Shown here in pieces: positions 59,309 to 64,000 of a stretch of DNA of 64,000 nucleotides (within the stretch, counting starts at the first letter, position 1; the number at the start of each line of letters is the position of its first letter). Source of the stretch: an uncultured Oligoflexus sp. Lineage in GTDB: Bacteria > Bdellovibrionota_B > Oligoflexia > Oligoflexales > Oligoflexaceae. The DNA lies in the NCBI GenBank assembly GCA_964236955.1, contig CAXSGP010000003.1:24449-88448 (forward strand), written 5' to 3'. The notes beneath the pieces are model-generated. The model was not told where the DNA came from. It ran no database searches and saw only the letters and a list, made by a program, of their open reading frames with translations. The position numbers were made by a program, and so were the translations under genes.

Positions 59309-60940
59309 GTGAAGTTTTTTCGATTCATGACCTACCTGGCCCTTGTATGGTCCCCTACCTCCTGCAAACGAGCTGATAGCATCTTTCCTGCCGACAATCC
59401 GCTGGGGACGGTTCCGGGTGAGGATGGTCAACCCAATCCTGGTGGTGACAGGCCCAAGCCTCCTGTTAAGGCGCCGATTACCAAAACGAACTCAGACCAC
59501 GGTACCGGCGAAGAAACGCCAACGGATGATGGCCCTACCGCCGCCGTCGATTTAGTCAATGATGTCTGGGCCTATCAAGCCATCGCTACCATGCAAACCT
59601 TTTATAGCGCGGCGACGTCCCTTTGGAGCAATTCCTGGGAAGGCTCGGCCCAATCGTTGACCGCGCTTGTTGATTTTATGAAAATATCAGGCGACAGGAA
59701 CTATCTGGGTATCGTGAATAACGTCTTTGAAAAAAATAGAGGGAATAATAATTTTATAGGCGATTCCTTCCAAGCCAATGCCCTGTGGGGAATAGCCTGG
59801 ATCAAGGCTTACGATCTGATCGGCGATAAGCGGTACTTGGAAACAGCGCAATGGATCGCTGATAATATGGCTGCCACCGGCTGGGATGCCAACTGCGGCG
59901 GCGGCTTGATGGAAAGTCGCACGAGCCGTGCAAAACTTGCCGTTCCCAATGTGCTGTTTATACAATTGATGGCTTCGGTCCATAATCACCTTGCCGACGA
60001 TACAAAATATATAGGACTGGCTATGAAAGGCTGGAACTGGGTCAATACGAGTGCGATCATCACGGCTTCGGGCCTTCTGGGCAATGGCCTGACCGCGGAT
60101 TGTCAGAATGATGCGGGCCCAGTTTCGACTCAAGCCCAAGGCGTTTACCTTGGAGCAGCCTACGAAATTTATAAGGCGAACGGTTTGAAAGAATTTCTTG
60201 AGAAGGCAAAAGCCCATGCCGCACTTTCAATCGATGCCTTTACAAGCGAAGGAATATTGAAAGAGCCAGGCGATAAGGACTGCGGTGCCTGCTCAGGGGG
60301 AGTCGCGTCTTCCAAAGGGGTCTTTGCTCGCAATATGAGGGAACTACAGTCTGAGGTAAAAGACGATAAAATCGCTTCGTTCCTTGAGACAAATATAAAT
60401 GTTCTTTGGAACAACTCGCGTTCCTCAGCCGATCTTCTTGGCTTTCACTGGCAGGGACCCTTCGATAGTAGTGACAGCCTTCGTCAAACTGCTGGGGTTG
60501 ACCTTTTAAACAGCTCACTTAGGAACAATCGTCACGTAAATCTCGCTCTAAACCGGGTCGCTCAGGTTTCAGAAAGCTGCGTCCCGACCGAGGGTGCGGT
60601 CGCTGCTGTCGATGGTTCGGCAACCACGAAATGGTGCGGTCATGATGGGGGTGGTGGCGTCAGTCTGCTTGTTGATCTAGGCCAGTTGCGATCCATCAAG
60701 CTCTTTAAAGTTTTGCATGCCGGTGCTGGTGGGGAAGCTTTGGAATTTAATACCCGCGACTTCGATATCTCGATCGGGGAGTCAGCAAGCGGCCCCTGGA
60801 AAACCATTGTAACCGCTTCCGATAATACCAGCAGCGCGACCTTTCATCCGGTTGATGTCAAAGGCCGTTATATCCGTTTGCGCGTGACTAAAGGCGGTAT
60901 CGATAACGTGGCCCGCATCTACGAATTCAGTGCCGAATAG
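59309..60940 (+). CDS. GH76-like domain (catalytic Asp-Asp absent) plus F5/8 type C (discoidin/CBM32) domain, probable lipoprotein
   Basis: W.IAW..AYD..G...YL, WD..CGGG, QGV, KGVF.RN, G..W.GP; NLALNR, AVDG...TKWC, VDLG, RIYE. Confidence 0.85.
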   Translation: MKFFRFMTYLALVWSPTSCKRADSIFPADNPLGTVPGEDGQPNPGGDRPKPPVKAPITKTNSDHGTGEETPTDDGPTAAVDLVNDVWAYQAIATMQTFYSAATSLWSNSWEGSAQSLTALVDFMKISGDRNYLGIVNNVFEKNRGNNNFIGDSFQANALWGIAWIKAYDLIGDKRYLETAQWIADNMAATGWDANCGGGLMESRTSRAKLAVPNVLFIQLMASVHNHLADDTKYIGLAMKGWNWVNTSAIITASGLLGNGLTADCQNDAGPVSTQAQGVYLGAAYEIYKANGLKEFLEKAKAHAALSIDAFTSEGILKEPGDKDCGACSGGVASSKGVFARNMRELQSEVKDDKIASFLETNINVLWNNSRSSADLLGFHWQGPFDSSDSLRQTAGVDLLNSSLRNNRHVNLALNRVAQVSESCVPTEGAVAAVDGSATTKWCGHDGGGGVSLLVDLGQLRSIKLFKVLHAGAGGEALEFNTRDFDISIGESASGPWKTIVTASDNTSSATFHPVDVKGRYIRLRVTKGGIDNVARIYEFSAE

Positions 60941-60960
60941 GAAATATGTTGAATCTACGA

Positions 60961-61959
60961 TCAAGGAAGGATACTTAAAGCCTTTTCCAGCTTTATAAAT
61001 CCATCCTTCATACTGACTTTAGGGAAATATCCCAGCTCGTCCTGTGAAGCCTTGGGATTATACCAATGCGCTGTGTTCAATTGCGCTACCATAAATCGAG
61101 TCAATGGCGGCTCTCGTTTGATCCGCAAATACGTGTAAAATTTTTCTAGAGTGGTGGCTAAAAACCAGGCTGCGCGGAAGCTGATACGTTTGTTGACAGG
61201 CGGTATCGAAGCCGCAGAAAGAATGTTGTTGATAATCTTTTCCATTGGCCAAGGCTCATTGTTGCCTATAAAATAAGCCTTTCCACTAATCGTGCTGCTT
61301 ATGTCGAGGCGTTCAAGTGCGCATAAATGTGCTTCCACCGCGTTGTCGATAAATACCGCATCAACAAGTTTTCCCGAAGTCCCTATCAATCTCAGGCGCC
61401 CCTTCCGAGCCTTGGCGATGACCCGAGGGATAAGGTGTCGGTCCCCGGGCCCCCAAATGAGGTGGGGCCTTAGGGATACGGTGGCAAGCTTTTTATCGTT
61501 AGCCTCGAGGACCAAACGCTCGGCCAATGCCTTGGTCTCGGGATAGGCGGCCATAAACCGTTTCGGATAGGGAACCGATTCATCGATGTTTTCCTGATCG
61601 CCGCCACCGAAGGTCACCGATGGGGAACTGGTATAGATGAGCTTTCTAATGCCAAGCTCCTGGCAAGCTTTGATAATGTTAAGAGTGGCTTTCACATTTG
61701 CGTCAAAATATTCTTCATAGGGGCCCCACACTCCCGGTTTCGCGGCAACGTGGAACACGGTATCGACGTCGCGCAGGGCTTCAAGCGTGGTGCTGTAGTC
61801 AGCGAGGTCGCCCCTTATGACCTCGATTCCCATGCTGTCAAGTTCAGGATAGGATCCGCGATTTATCGTGCGCAGACTGTGCCCTTGTTTTTTGAGTGCC
61901 TTGAGCAGGGCTGATCCGAGGAAGCCGCCTCCGCCCGTAACGATTATGTGGTTTGGCAT
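60961..61959 (-). CDS. oleD: 2-alkyl-3-oxoalkanoate reductase OleD (extended SDR)
   Basis: TGGGGFLG, HVAAK.G.WG, YTSSPSV, YxxxK, LRPHLIWGPGD; downstream of oleC. Confidence 0.88.
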   Translation of the reverse strand: MPNHIIVTGGGGFLGSALLKALKKQGHSLRTINRGSYPELDSMGIEVIRGDLADYSTTLEALRDVDTVFHVAAKPGVWGPYEEYFDANVKATLNIIKACQELGIRKLIYTSSPSVTFGGGDQENIDESVPYPKRFMAAYPETKALAERLVLEANDKKLATVSLRPHLIWGPGDRHLIPRVIAKARKGRLRLIGTSGKLVDAVFIDNAVEAHLCALERLDISSTISGKAYFIGNNEPWPMEKIINNILSAASIPPVNKRISFRAAWFLATTLEKFYTYLRIKREPPLTRFMVAQLNTAHWYNPKASQDELGYFPKVSMKDGFIKLEKALSILP

Positions 61960-63608
61960 TGTTGGTCCGCCCAAACTTTTAGTTTCTCGCGAAATATTTT
62001 AGCATTATGCCGGATATCAACGGGAAAATCGGGGTGAAGCAAAAAGGTCTGGATTGGGAAAGTGTGCCCAAAACGGCAGGCAATGGCCCGAAGTTCGGCG
62101 AAGAGCAAAGCCTGTTCGGAGCGTTTAAGCGGACGAACTGTCTCTATGCAAAGACAGGGGATTTGTTGGGGCGCTTTTCCAAGGCCAACCAGAGCGCTGC
62201 GAGCGACCCAGGGATGGGTATTGAAGACGGCTTCGCATGGAATGGTAAAGTGATCTCCCTTCTGAGTCTGAACCCTTTGGGTCTTCCTACCGCAAAACCA
62301 AAGCCAGCCCTCATCATCAAAATATCCAAGGTCGCCCATGCGATGATAAAGGTGGCCTTCCTTGTCATGGGTCTTGGCAAGGAGGTTGGCCGAATCGCGA
62401 TTAAAATAGGCCTGCGTGACCTGGGATCCGGAAACTATGATCTCGCCTATAGCCAGGCCGCTTAATATATCATGTTCGGAAAAGATCGGCAGTTCGGCGT
62501 CGGTAATTCGTAAAATCTTGACTTGCGTTGGCCCGACGGGTTTTCCGACGCAAAGCCCCAGTCCAAGCTCGTGTTTCTGCTTGGCTTCACCAAGTAGTAA
62601 ACGGCTTTCCGCGATCGCCACCGGCAAAGCCTCAGTTGCACCGTAAGGGGTATAAAATTCAGCCGCGGCCGGCAGCATGGCGCAAAAGGATTCTATGACC
62701 CTGGCCGGCACCGGGGCACCGGCGGAGATTACGCGTTTAAGGCTTGGAAAATGCCAATTATGGGCGGTTCCGTACCCGGCGACGCTTTTGATAAGGGCCG
62801 GCGATCCAAACATGTTGCTAATGCCAAACTTTTCTATAGCTTCACGAATCTTTTCAGGATCGACTTTAGCAGGTCTGGTGAAATCCATCTCCGGTATGAT
62901 GGCCGTCATGCCCAAGGCCGGTGCAAACAGTGCAAACAAGGGGAAGGTACATAAATCGCGCTCGCCAACTTTAATCTGCAGGCTGGAGGAAAGCAGCTCG
63001 ACCTGAGTTAAAAAATTCTGGTGCGTGTAGATAGCGCCCTTAGGTGCACCGGTGCTGCCCGAAGTAAAGAGAATGGCCGCCATATCGGTAGCGCTGGTTT
63101 CGGGAAGGGGACGGGGAGATTCGGGAGGAATCAACAGTTTTGCATAGGAAACAGTTCCAGGAAATCGTCTTCTGCCGGTATTTATCAATAACTTCCAGCG
63201 TCTTGCGGCGCCTTTCCAATTGAAAAGAAGACGCGCAATATGAGCAGCCGGGATGCCAACAAAAGCTTCAGCTTTGGCCTCTGCCAGACAGCGTTTCATG
63301 TTTTTAACGCCGATTCCTGGATCGATCAGTACGGGGATAGCGCGAGCTTTAAACAGCGCGAAAGTCATGACGAAAAATTCTAAGGAAGGCTTCACCATGA
63401 ATGCTGTGCGCATCCCCACGGTGATACCATGAGCGACCAGCTGCTGGGCAACAGTTTCGCTCATCTGATCGAGCTGCTCAAAGGTCAGCTGGCTATAGGA
63501 CTGAACGCCGTTCGCATCGATCGACAAAGGCATGATCACGGCCTCCTGATCCGGTCGCAGTCCGGCCATGCGCGTGAGATGTCTAGCAATGTTCGTAACG
63601 TTTTCCAT
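61944..63608 (-). CDS. oleC: Olefin beta-lactone synthetase OleC (AMP-binding family)
   Basis: LIDPG.G, FTSGSTG.PKG, TPYGATEALP, HRMGD.G, FPVDIRHNAKI. Confidence 0.92.
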   Translation of the reverse strand: MENVTNIARHLTRMAGLRPDQEAVIMPLSIDANGVQSYSQLTFEQLDQMSETVAQQLVAHGITVGMRTAFMVKPSLEFFVMTFALFKARAIPVLIDPGIGVKNMKRCLAEAKAEAFVGIPAAHIARLLFNWKGAARRWKLLINTGRRRFPGTVSYAKLLIPPESPRPLPETSATDMAAILFTSGSTGAPKGAIYTHQNFLTQVELLSSSLQIKVGERDLCTFPLFALFAPALGMTAIIPEMDFTRPAKVDPEKIREAIEKFGISNMFGSPALIKSVAGYGTAHNWHFPSLKRVISAGAPVPARVIESFCAMLPAAAEFYTPYGATEALPVAIAESRLLLGEAKQKHELGLGLCVGKPVGPTQVKILRITDAELPIFSEHDILSGLAIGEIIVSGSQVTQAYFNRDSANLLAKTHDKEGHLYHRMGDLGYFDDEGWLWFCGRKTQRVQTQKGDHFTIPCEAVFNTHPWVARSALVGLGKAPQQIPCLCIETVRPLKRSEQALLFAELRAIACRFGHTFPIQTFLLHPDFPVDIRHNAKIFREKLKVWADQQCQTT

Positions 63609-63609
63609 C

Positions 63610-64000
63610 TCAGTGATATACCTTTGGTGCTTCCAGTGGATGGCGATTCAGAAAGTCTTTCATCAGGTCAATTGCCACTTCGCCCAAGTCCTCGAGGATA
63701 TAGTGGCCTGCGTCCGGATAACTGTGAATTTCCGCATGCGGCATGCGCCGGCGCCATTCTGCTAAGAAGTGACGGTCAAAAATAAAATCCTTTTCGCCCC
63801 AGATGATCTGCATCGGCTTGTCCTTTAGACTCTCCAGATGCTTATCGGTGAAAGCGACCGTCGCCCACGAGGGATCGTGTTTATTCAAGGGAATATCCTG
63901 AACAAAACGATGCACGGCTCGACGACTCGTCCAAGTCGTGTAGGGCGCGCGGTAGGCTTTACGAAGCGCGGGCGACAGGCGTTTATATTGGCAGCCAATC
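63610..64000 (-). CDS. oleB: Beta-lactone decarboxylase OleB, C-terminal part (5' end outside window)
   Basis: Frame open to window end; APY..W..R....RFVQDIPL, WG.KDF.FD, AGHYILED; 1 nt from oleC start. Confidence 0.88.
   Translation of the reverse strand, partial: IGCQYKRLSPALRKAYRAPYTTWTSRRAVHRFVQDIPLNKHDPSWATVAFTDKHLESLKDKPMQIIWGEKDFIFDRHFLAEWRRRMPHAEIHSYPDAGHYILEDLGEVAIDLMKDFLNRHPLEAPKVYH

Noticed and set aside
1..64000. CRISPR array, rRNA, tRNA, IS, integrase, reverse transcriptase or prophage
   Set aside because: No spaced direct repeats, cloverleaf with T-loop, rRNA signature or matching protein motifs were seen by eye

Overview
Gene-dense bacterial chromosomal segment of roughly 50% GC with AT-rich intergenic regions, standard genetic code. 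The lineage is inferred to be Bdellovibrionota/Oligoflexia-like from the many orphan Cys-rich lipoproteins, an HExxH secreted protease and sigma28-like promoters; no search was run. Recognisable genes are partial ttcA, dedA, a CHASE4-HAMP adenylate cyclase, recA, glpD, a complete nuoA-N operon, pilT, fadL, a cytochrome c, a PilZ protein, cls, era, murA, lemA-TPM-TPM, a DAHP synthase and the oleB(partial)-oleC-oleD olefin cluster. I found no rRNA, tRNA, CRISPR array, transposase, integrase or reverse transcriptase. The most unusual signals are five intact ORFs that look like catalytically dead enzymes (a resolvase-like domain behind recA, an AsnB-like/DUF962 fusion, a His-less hybrid kinase, a Ser-less alpha/beta hydrolase and an Asp-less GH76 with a discoidin domain). 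Others are a G-quadruplex motif and an A11 tract in the pilT upstream region, a recurrent sigma28-like promoter, an Asp-type MurA lacking Lys22, an apparently exported CHAD protein, and several unassigned structured intergenic elements. All domain calls were made by eye and need HMM or structure confirmation.
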